From the human T2T-CHM13v2.0 reference genome, Homo sapiens: 64,000 bases of DNA. The notes under the pieces were generated by a model, which saw only the letters and a list, made by a program, of their open reading frames with translations, was not told where the DNA came from and did no database searches. The DNA lies in the NCBI RefSeq assembly GCF_009914755.1, contig NC_060934.1. One strand, given 5' to 3'. The position numbers and the translations under genes were made by a program. Of the stretch, positions 34,813-48,370 are shown piece by piece; positions within the stretch are counted from its first letter, which is position 1; every line of letters begins with the position of its first letter.

Positions 34813-37490
34813 TCAACACATGTTTTCTAAATCATCTTGGAAATGGGAACTTTGCACTCTGGATCGGCTTCCTTTTCCGAAGCCCCTTTGTGGTAGTGAG
34901 GTGCATCTTTTGCACACCTGTGTCTCGCATGAGGCTCCCAGACCTTCTAGAACAAGAGAAAGAAGATCCGTAAAGGGGCATCTGTGAAGGAGATAGAAGG
35001 GTCAGATGACCGATGGCTCCCCCAGCATTCCTTCTTAGCTCCTTTTAGCCATTTGTTTACCCTTTACTGTGCTAAATATAGCTATTCTGGATGTATGGAA
35101 ATAATAAAAATTATTATAATATAAATCTGTGTATATATATATAAAATACCTGTGTGCTATTCCATACGTACGTGTATGTGTGTGTGCTTAATCTTCCTTA
35201 AATTAAACCATGCATTCTCGCTTGACCCAAGGACAGCCCATGTTAAGCACTGAATGCCCTTTTGGGTTGCGTGTGCTCCAGTACCCACTGTCTTGCACAC
35301 TTGATTTTCATCATGCATGAAAGGACCACAGGGTCCTTTTCTGAGCCATCGTAGTCTTAAACCTTGAAGTGCATGAACACAGAAGCACGCTTCTGCCTAC
35401 CTCTGGTGTTCAGCACCAGAAATTCTGTGTCTAACACCTGTTTTCAATCTTCTGCTCCATTTCTCAAATCTTATTATATCTCTGCCTTTTCACACTTTGT
35501 AGTCTCTCTCTAATATTTGTTTGCAAACACTAACTCATTTGTATTTCTATAATTACCGTGATTTTTTGTCTTCTCGTCTGTAGTGGCTCCCCCTTTTCTG
35601 GCAGCATCTCTGTAACTCCTGTTCTTCCATATAATGGCACAACAGGAGAGATGATCTTTTAGTGTAAGCAGGACGGGGCAGGTTTTCTTCATAGTCAGGA
35701 TATGATTGTGTGTCCAGAGCCATAACGTTATCTTTCTCATAAGTAGTCTCCAGATTCTTGACTTAATGGGTTCTAAGGATTCCCGGTTTTAAGTATGAGT
35801 ATCTTGTCCTCTATACTCTTTCATTCTACTTCATGATTTGATAACATTGTGTTTCAAGGTCTGACAAAGGACATCTTAAAGGAATTTGTTTATCCACATG
35901 ATCTGCCTTTATAGTGTGAGAAATTATATTTATCAGATAAGAAACATAGGCAAAAATTTTGGAAAATGCCCAGAAAATATCAGGGAGAAAGTGTTTCCTA
36001 AAACCTCCTATACCGTGATACTTCTTTGCAGTTGTGGATCAAGGTTTGTCACCCTAAGCTTCAGTATTGTGTGTGCATTCTGTCAAATCTTTGTCTTTTT
36101 ATGTGATAATATAACTTATCTTAGATAATTCCCCTAAACTGAGTGTGTTCCAAAAGTAACTGCAGATCAGAACTTCAGGATAGTATACAAATTTCAATGA
36201 GGCAAAAAATCATAGTGGCACAAAAGTCATTACATGCACTTATAGGACAGGCATGGTTCTTCTCTGCTAGTGCTTGCATTCCTTTGACCTGCAGATACAA
36301 AGTCTATTCTTCCATTATAATTTATTTTAAAATATGTGTTCTCAGAGGGCAGGGCTTTGTGCTTGAGTTTTTTTTGTGTGTGTAGTACCCCACGTTTTGC
36401 TCACTGTAGTAGTTATTAAATATGACTCATGTACTAGGACACCAAGAAATGCTTTTGAAACAAAAAAGATACCTTTCAAATAATCAGCCTCTGGAGGAAG
36501 GCGCTGTCCGTCCGTCTAGATCCACTTTAGAATCTAGACGCCAAAAAAACTATTCAGAGAATCCCATAGAAGAGCCATTGTCTGTGAGTGGCATCTTCTA
36601 CCATCAAAGACCCATGGAAGTCACGACAGACACTGCCCAGAGTCCAGACACGTACAGATGGTGGCTGTCAGGAGGTGACTCACACTACAGATTCCAGCAT
36701 TTAACAAAGCAAAGAGGATTTCATTTTTAGAGAATAGTCAGGAAGCTGTTCTTTAGTCCACTGACTATAAATTTAAAGGAACAGCTTATTATTTTAGCAA
36801 TCTTGCTGACATGGAAAGAAGACAGAATATATTTGTATTGGTCAGTTTAATCCAATGCTCAGAGGCTACAACTAAATCAAAATTGCCATAGACTTCAAAG
36901 GGGCAAATGGTTAAAATACTGACCAACCTTTTTTCAGTGGCTTTGTAGCTTATCAAATGTCCCTCACTTGCAGACCAACTGATTTTGCTCTCAGAATATT
37001 TTACTTGTAGTGAGATTCCTTTTGTTTCCCTATTTTAATCGCAAACAGTCCTTGATATTTTTTGGCCAGATAAAAGGAGAGAGCAAGAATGAGATCTGAA
37101 AAATGGGCCCACAGGGAGAGGCATTTGAGAGAGGATTGCTGAATACAAATCCAGAACAAAGTTATTTAGTGAAATGCCAAAATGGTCATTCATCCAAACT
37201 GGCACATCCTATTAGAAGCTATCTTTAATGCGGTATTGCCAGGCATGGTCATAAATGTCACAGGTTAGAAATTTCTGTATGCATGGAATAAGGATATGTT
37301 CCTGCTAGGATGCAGCAATATTTTTATCGTCACCACACAATATTTATTAAAGGTCTCTCAGTACACACGCCACAGTAGAAGTCAGTATCTTTACGACAAG
37401 CACAATAGGTTAATGAGTAAAAAGTTGAAAGCATCCTGAAAAGCGAAAATGAAAGACAAATGACATCTAATGAGTTAACATTTTTCACAG

Positions 37491-37701
37491 GGTGCGTCTC
37501 CTGGTGGAAGAGGGCTGTGAAGATCGAATTCTGGTAGCACATGACATACATACGAAAACCCGGCTGATGAAATATGGAGGTCACGGCTATTCTCATATAC
37601 TCACCAATGTTGTTCCTAAAATGTTGCTGAGAGGCATAACTGAGAATGTGCTTGATAAGATTCTAATAGAGAACCCTAAGCAATGGCTAACTTTCAAATA
37701 G
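37491..37701 (+). CDS. PTER: PTER last coding exon (codons 280-349 + TAG)
   Basis: Acceptor tttttcacAG; [18 protein letters not shown] (D298)...NPKQWLTFK*; exon sum 432+266+141+211=1050 nt = 349 aa + stop. PTER is a binuclear-metal amidohydrolase reported to be the N-acetyltaurine hydrolase. Confidence 0.97.
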
Positions 37702-40190
37702 GATGGTTGCTTATGAATTCACACCTTGAGTATAAAACTTGCAGAGAACATTCAGCGATTTCCAGTCCACTGTGAGATATTAATCAGTTACCTAGGACTA
37801 ATGACAGATCATTTCCTTCTGATGAGAACTAGGAGGGTTTGCCTTCTCTGAGACCAGCTATTACAACTGTGCCTCTAGGGAGTTACTCAGCCTAATTGAG
37901 CCCTATTATTTTAACTTAACAAAATAAATACAGAAGTACCTATTTCTAAACAATGATTTAAAGTCTATATCCCCTAAGCGGAGTTGTTGTTTTTCTCCCT
38001 AATCTATCAGCTGCACTACTTGAGAAAATTTAAAGTGTTTCTAGTTAAATTATTTCCTTCTTGAGCGATCTAATGTTTCTTGTAATATTGATGATCCTAC
38101 TAATTATCCTGCTGTTCTTTAATTAATGCTTAATGAATAATATGGCACTGTAAAATAGCTTCTTCAACAAGGGAAGTTAAATTTTGAGACTTTTTTCCCC
38201 AAAGGATACTGACTGTAATACAATTACCAATTCACAATGATAAAAATATTTTGAAAGGTTAATTTTATACTGTCCACCTATCTATATATTCTTCTACTGA
38301 AATGATTTTGATATCTTTGGCTTTCCGGTATCTATTTTTGCCATACATTTTGCTGTTTTGCAAAGTTTGTATAAGAACACATAACACTACTGAATTATAA
38401 AAATTCAATCATAAAAGTCAAAATATATTACATAATATAGTTTAATGAATCATTACATTTATAATAACAAAGGCCACAATTTAATTAATTGGTAAGATAT
38501 AATGCAAAAAAAAAAAGAGAAATGTTTGCCTTATGTATATTCCCTTTATTTCCTTTACCTTTTGTTTTTCCTTGGACCTAAACAGAGAAAATAATGCTTA
38601 TGTATCTGAAGAAAAGGTCAGATCTATTGGAAATGACAGCCCGATACTTGAGCCTCCTCTTTAAAAGGTATCCAGCCCTGATATTTTGTGTAAATAAAAC
38701 GTTTTTAAAACCTGTTAGTTAAAACACTTAGGTGATGGGCACTGCTGCTTATAAATTCATCTTTTGGTTGAATCCTCACTATGCTATTTGGTACCTAAAA
38801 ATATTCTCCAAACCCTTGGTGCCAGTTCCTCTTTGATAAATATATAGTTAATTCAAAATAAAATCCATTGCAATTCATTTATGAGTTATCTTACATATCA
38901 CAAAGACCAATTAGAATTAGTCATTATTCTTGATGAAGAGTCTGTTTTTAATCATAAAAATCATGACAGTTACTCAGACCCAGGCATTTCAACAGAGCTA
39001 ACACCACCTTCAGATAGGCACACCATGCATAACTCTTGGGAAGTTGAGCTTTGCTAAATAAAAGATATTTCTGCTGATCAAAGATGATCAAGCTTTCTGT
39101 GTATTGGAACAGAAAGTAACAAAGAGGAATGAGCCAGGAGAACAAACTAATTCCTTTAAATAAATAAATAAAAAAAATGCAAATGTCCTTCACCAGTAAA
39201 GCAAGCAAATTTTTAAAATCTCTGTTTTTGAAATCTACTCGTCAAAGAGTTTTCAGAGGCAATGAAAGGGGAACAGATTTTTCATTGTAATAGTGGAAGT
39301 TGTGTGATAGTTAGGAGATATCAACATGCATTTTTAATCTTTTCCTTAGATGAAAGAGATGGCTTTTGGCAGTGTGTTCTAACCAGAAAGAAAGGATTTG
39401 TATTACTCTCCAAATCTACTGTACTGTCAGCTTCACTCCACCTGAGAAAAAAGAAAAAAAAATTGATAGCTCAAATGCATGTAATTCATAAACACTGCAA
39501 AGGAGAGCCACTTGGTGTCTGCAGTCCTCATATTAACAGTCTGTCACAGAATGCAGTTAAAGTATTGATTGGCATATGGTAATAGAGCAACCATAGCCTT
39601 AACTTACAGACCTGTGAAATAAAGGGCATTTTGACCTAATACAATTAATTTTCTGGATAACTCTTAAAGAGAAGTCATTTTAACTGTTTTTGCTACTCCA
39701 TATATTGTCATTCAAAATATATTTTAACCCAAAATAAGTTAAATAATTTGTGCATGTTTGTGTGTGTATATATGCATACACTTTTTTATATTAAAATTTT
39801 GAGGCTATACAGCCACTGTGCCCTGTGGAATAAAGCCATATATATAAATGTTTTATATGTATATGTTTTATACATATATAAAACATTTCATCTAATATAT
39901 ATATGTGTGTGTGAGTATATGTGTGCATGTTTACAGATATTTGTATAAAATATAAACACTCTGTTGTCATATTGGCTATATGCGAAATTGTTAATTTTAA
40001 AATAACCTCAGGCCACAGACTTGTAGTAATCATTTGAAGGCCTCACCTAGTGTCCCCTTGGTGACGTATGCAGCAGCTCAAATTAAACCTTTGTGCATTG
40101 GGTTATGAATAATCTTTTCTTCCAAAGATGGCAAAAGCCTCGGTTTGATTTGATACTAAAGAATAAATTTCTCTGACTTTCCCAGTGAAT
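37702..40190 (+). other. PTER: PTER 3' UTR (end approximate)
   Basis: AT-rich, repeat-poor sequence after the stop, with AATAAA at 37923, 38693, 38857, 39057, ~39159-39172, 39618, 39829 and 40162. Confidence 0.7.
40162..40167 (+). terminator. Probable distal PTER poly(A) signal AATAAA
   Basis: Canonical hexamer at the end of the series of 3' UTR signals, facing the C1QL3 3' end. Confidence 0.6.
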
Positions 40191-40195
40191 CTAAA

Positions 40196-40201
40196 TGTAT
40201 T
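40196..40201 (-). terminator. Candidate C1QL3 poly(A) signal, variant AATACA
   Basis: tgtatt on +; no AATAAA/ATTAAA seen on - between the C1QL3 stop and here; U-rich tract TTTATTCTTTAGT lies downstream on -. Confidence 0.45.
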
Positions 40202-40973
40202 CAGTTGACAAAATGGACACATAAGGGCTTTTTCTAAATACCGTACGTAATTACACATTTTCACACTTAGAGGGTAATCCTATGATACACTGTCAATCTC
40301 TATTTTAAAAGACTATCACCAGAAAAGAGAGAAAAGAAAATTCATATAAGAAAAAGAAAATGTGAAAAAGATCATAGGCTTGGGAATTCCCTCAAATCCA
40401 GAAAATTCCAGGTTAAGGCTTGAAGTTGAATCATTCCCAGGTCTAGCTCTAAGGTTAACAAGAGTACAAGGCAAACAATTTCTTTGGGGACAAGCAGCAT
40501 TATTTCAATTAGACCTTCTCCTGCAGGGCAAAAATCATTCTTCCCCACACTATGAATGGACTCCAAGTATCATAATAAGCAGGTAAACTCACAAGAACCA
40601 AAGCTGACATATGGATAAAAGCAGCAAGATCACAGTACACCAAAGTATCATATATATATAGAAGAAATAATTCAATGTCTTAGATTTGTCTATAAAAATT
40701 TGTGATCTATATAGGACTTCATTCACATGGACACTAACGATAAGGAGTATTTGCTTTGGCGGTAGTGGATCACACATCTGCTTATCTTGCTTTGATATTT
40801 TTTACATAATGTTTCTGAGTGATACAGATGTGAGTCAGGTAGCATTTGATTTCCCCACATATACACAACTGAGGTGCCCTGCCATTGGCATCCCCTGGGA
40901 TCCTTGATTCACTGACGTTAGCCATACGAATCCAGTGTTCAAACTCAGAATAATAAGCTTAGTTTCTGCATTA

Positions 40974-41153
<180 letters not shown>

Positions 41154-44100
41154 CTACGTGAAACAGACAAGAATTAGGATGCGTAAATGAGAATTCTCAA
41201 GTTTTCTTTTTTGCCATTCATGTAGCATCACAAGCTGACTTGCTGCCATAGTACAGAATTTAGCATAGCAAAGTCCATGTTGACCTCAGAGCTTTATGAG
41301 GATAGTGCTGTGGCAGTTTCCGCTACGTTAGTGAGAAGGAGGACAGAAAGGGACAAAATAGTGCTTCAGTGGGGACCATTCTGGCAGTCTTATCTAACTA
41401 CACATTCTAAACTATGCATACAATTTATTATCTTCCTGTATCACTCGTTTTTCTAACTCCTTCGATCCCTATGCCCAATCACATTTTGAAATGAAACTAA
41501 TAGTATTTTTTGCATTTTAATTTAAGCCAGATAGCAATATTCTAATCAGCTGTTTATGAGTACAGAAGTTCAAGTCTAAGTTCAGCTGTTCACCACAATT
41601 ATTAGAAAATTGAGGTATGTAATAGCTAAAAATACCCAGGAAAATACCAACTCCTCTACTACTTACAAAGAAAAAAAAAAAAAAAGAAAAAGTCTTTTGA
41701 TTTAGGGCTTTCCAAATCTAATTCATGTAAAGCCCCCTTTACCAGGCTGCTTCAGAAGCTTAGCTCATTTATACATCTTTGATTATATCACCTGAGTTTT
41801 CAGAGTTCTTTTTTCCATCGTGTCTTTTTATTACTTAACTATGACATGTGCATTTAAATCAAGAATTTAACCTCAACATATCTAAAAGTTAAAGAAAGGA
41901 CTAAATTTTCATGCTCTGAGGCCTCTCAAGTTTCAAGAATTTTTGAATGATTTCGTTGAATATCCACTTACACTTAGGAGATTCTAAATATGTGGCTTGA
42001 TTTGAGGACAGAGGCTGCTTATAATCTGCCCATGGTAAGCCTGTGATCTCATTAGTGAGTTGATAGACATTTACAAACAGTCAAATTGCCTATCATCTCA
42101 TGCATTGTGGACATTCTGTCAGATCCTTAGCTCAAATTAGGCTTCATATTCATTTAGATATATTGTGATTCTGCCTTGGAAAATCTTTCAACAGGCAGAC
42201 TTAGATTTGATTTATTTCAGTAAAACATCTTCTACTTTGTGGCTTGTTTCATTTCTATTCCACTATAATGATATTTCCCTGAATAACATAGCAAGTGATT
42301 TAGTGGTTTTGTAAAGCTGCACTATGTAATAATGCATGATTTGGGGTACAATATGCTGGATTTTATCACTTGGCAAAATGAGAGAAATGAGACAGAAGTC
42401 AAGAATTTCCATGCATTTCTTTCAAAATTTAAATGATGAGTTTTCCAATTAAATTTTCTTGTGATATAGTCTCACGTTAATGCTGAAATGTTAAAAAAAG
42501 AAGACTCTTTAACACTGCTGAACTTGTAAAGTCATTTGAGTAGTATCTTTAAAGTGTCTTTCTGGGTATCACATAGCAAAAGGAGAAAATGGCTTAAAGG
42601 ATTTAGAATTGCTTAACGCTGTACTAACAGGCACTAATATAATGAAAGCAATATACCATGTAATTATGCTTGGAAGCACTGACTCCAATATATATGCCAA
42701 TTTAGTAAAGTGGTCCGTTTTGACCATTAAATAATGATGCAGTTTGACTTCATAATATTTTCTAAAGATTAATCATGAGTTTGTAGGAGTTGAATGCTTT
42801 GATTCATTAATTTCATCTAGCCATTAATTCCCAGGGAAACAAATCTACAAGAAGGATATTGCTATTATGACTTGTGTCTTTTTCTCATCTTTGGATTTTT
42901 AATGGTGAAAAAAATTAAAAACAAAATATTCATGAGCTATATTAGTAATACATTAGTTATCAACCCATAATATACTCCTCAGCTATTACTAATAACCAGA
43001 CATATTTTATTCAGTGCTTTGGGTATTTAGGACATGTTCTATGGTTACTGGGCTTTAACATGGTTTTCTACATGAAGGTATTGGAGAAACAGGACATACT
43101 AAAATTACTTGATTTAGACACAATAATCCTTTTAAAAATATAATGCCATTTTTATTCTCCAGGGTGTAACCACAAAACCGAGTGAACGTCACCATTTTTA
43201 TTCAGTAGGCGTAACCACAAATTCCTGCGAATGCATTAGAGTGATTCCACAGACTGAAAGGTTACCCTCACAGTTTCTACCACCTTTGTTGGATCAAGCC
43301 AGTGTGGTTGCTTTTTAATGAATGTAATTCTGTAAGATTTTAACCTATACTGTACCGTAAGACTGTCCCAATTAAATAATTGCCATACTCCAGTGTACCT
43401 GGCATGATTTTGGTATGGCTGCTCACCTGATCATACTCTAAAGATATAACAGGACTTGAAATTTCAAGCTCTAGTATTCAGCTCAGTGACTTCAACAATT
43501 CTTTCAAGCCATCAAACTATTGAGGAAGGCAATGTGTTCACCCTGGAGGCTGTTTCCAGATTCCTAAATGTACAGTGATTTCAGCATTCTGTCTGGGAAT
43601 AAGATCCATCCTTCCTTCAGCGCAATCAACCGATTTCTACCTGAATTTACTCTAATATCTTTTCTTATTACAAGATAACTATTTAGATTCTGCTTTATGT
43701 TTAGTCCGTATTTCTTTAACCCTAAAAAGATTATGAATTTGACATGTCATTGATCTCTCTAATAAGCGAATACCAACCCACAAACCACTCATCCTTTTAA
43801 AAATATTTCATGGGCATCGGTGCCATAACTAATAAATTTTTAAGAGTACCAACTGGTCTTTAATTATTTTATGCTTTTAATCCTGAAACAGTATTAGTTT
43901 TCATTCGAGTGGCTTATTTATTATAGTGGCATTAGAGTGATTGTATTCAAATAGCAATTTTTCTTCATGTTTTCTGCTAAAAGGATTATCAACATTAAAG
44001 AGATTTCCTCTTTCCAAATGTAAAGCTATTTGAGTTGAACTTTTACCTTTAATATGCACTGTCATGGGCTTTCAACAAATGGTAGGATTAAATTTAGGTT

Positions 44101-45460
44101 GATGGCTTCATGGGGAGTATGAGAGCTGCGGTCATTTTAGGGATATGTTTCTGTGTCTGCAATAGGTTTCATAGTTTTAGCATTATCTTATTAGTGAGGA
44201 TCTATCATTAGAGATCATATTTATGGTGACATTTGTAATTTAATTAATTGCTACTGATGTTCTCGTAATTTCATTTTCATTGTACTTCTGTGGAATCATA
44301 AACAAAAGGTTAAGTGGCACATCAGGTTAATTTACTGGTCTTTGATGTTTCCATCTGTGATCTTACATTCTACACAAAGTATAAATAAAATGGCTCTCAT
44401 ACGGTTACAGTCCAGAAGCATTTCTCTCTCTTAGAGGGAACTGCATTTTTAGTTTAATTTTTGTGCTTCTCAAAATCCACTTAATCCATAGAACATTACA
44501 CTGACATGGATCTCTGAGTTTCTGTTTTATGAAAAATTAAGTCAGCTCAGAGAGGGAACCTGCCATTCTAAGAAGTGATCAGACCAGAATATAATTGAAA
44601 AGCAAGAGTGAAGTATTATTTAAAATTAATAAAAAGATTTTAAAAGATTTCTCATTTGTAACTGCCTGCAGACTGGACTTGACAAAATAGTTCTAATCTA
44701 GAGATAAAATTCCTTAACTGTAGTAGTGTAGTAACCATTTTCCAAAATAGTCCACACTGAACTAAAAAAAAATGTTTACCACTATAGATTTATTTTTCTG
44801 AATTACCTGTTGCATACCTTTTGCAGAAGTAGCAGCTTAATATTACCAATGAAAAGACTTATACATTATAAGGTCAGCTGTTTTACCTTACTATTTTTCC
44901 TGATCCTCATGGAATGTGTGTGCTAGTGTGATACAAAGGAAGATTTTACACCCCAAACAGTGAAATAATTTTAAAAACAAAACGCACATAGAACACCTAC
45001 ATGGTGTTATTTTCTTCAAATCAGTGTAATATACACAGGCTCAGCAGTCTAGACATCAACATTTAAACTAATTTAAATGTATTAATCCCTTCTTTTTTCA
45101 TGCAATTGCAATTTCCAGATATTTAAAGATGTGAGCATTTTTACACATTTGCTGATAAAATTGGAATCATTTCATTTTAATTGATACCTCTAAAAATCAT
45201 CTCTTCAGCCCGATTGTATTTTCCAGACCTGACCTTTGAGTCAGAAGAGAGCCAATTTGCAAATAAAGGGGTGTCTCATGGCTGCCTGCTGAGGGACTGT
45301 TCATAAGCCTTTTTGTGAGGGTGATTCAATAGCTCCATTCTGGTACAGTGAGTCCTGCCCGTTTTAGCCATTTGCCTATAACTGTTTTACTGTTCTGTGA
45401 ATAATTTTTATTTATCTTAATATTATTTTCATGCATAATAACTATAATAAACAACCCTGT

Positions 45461-45479
45461 CAGTGCCTCCTGGTGGCCA
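45461..45479 (-). promoter_or_regulatory. CTCF-like motif
   Basis: - strand TGGCCACCAGGAGGCACTG closely follows the CTCF consensus TGGCCACCAG(G/A)(G/T)GGC(G/A)CT. Confidence 0.5.
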
Positions 45480-45583
45480 TTTTTCCTCTTTTTGTTATAT
45501 GTGTCCTGAGGGTCCCTTAAGCTATTTGTAGGATAGGGTAGAGAATAGGACGTTTTTTGTCTTTTTTCTCTCTTACGCATTTA

Positions 45584-45587
<4 letters not shown>

Positions 45588-45625
<38 letters not shown>
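45588..45625. repeat. T38 homopolymer (A38 on C1QL3 sense)
   Basis: Direct reading; no adjacent Alu body. Confidence 0.95.
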
Positions 45626-45626
<1 letters not shown>

Positions 45627-46059
45627 GTCTTTCACTTTTGAAAGAATTCTGACACTGAAGTAGGTCTTCCGAATCCTGCTTGAATGGTGCTTAACAGAAA
45701 CCTGGGTTATAGCTAAGAATCTCTGAATGTCCAGGGGTCGAGTTACCTAAAGCCCAATAGACCTCGTTAAGTCAAAGTTGCTGCAGGAGAGGAGGTCTCT
45801 TGATGGCGATGCCAGGGTCGCGGGCCATCCCCTATGCCACTCAATAAGCAAAGTTAAAACCGAGAAACTCAGCCCACACCGCAGGCTGCAGGCTGCAAGG
45901 CCTCGCCTCAGTGGCTACTGATTCAGCGTGCACAGAAGGTCCCATTACACTTTTAGGTAGTTACAAATATTATTTTCCTCCTTTGACTAAGAGATCAAAC
46001 AAGCTTCGGTTTTGCAATGACCTCGAATTTCTCCACAGTAAAGTGGCCCCAGCAGAATA

Positions 46060-48370
<2,311 letters not shown>

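Noticed and set aside
35409-35418. TTCAGCACCA RE1 left half-site
   Set aside because: No right half at usable spacing; expected by chance in 64 kb
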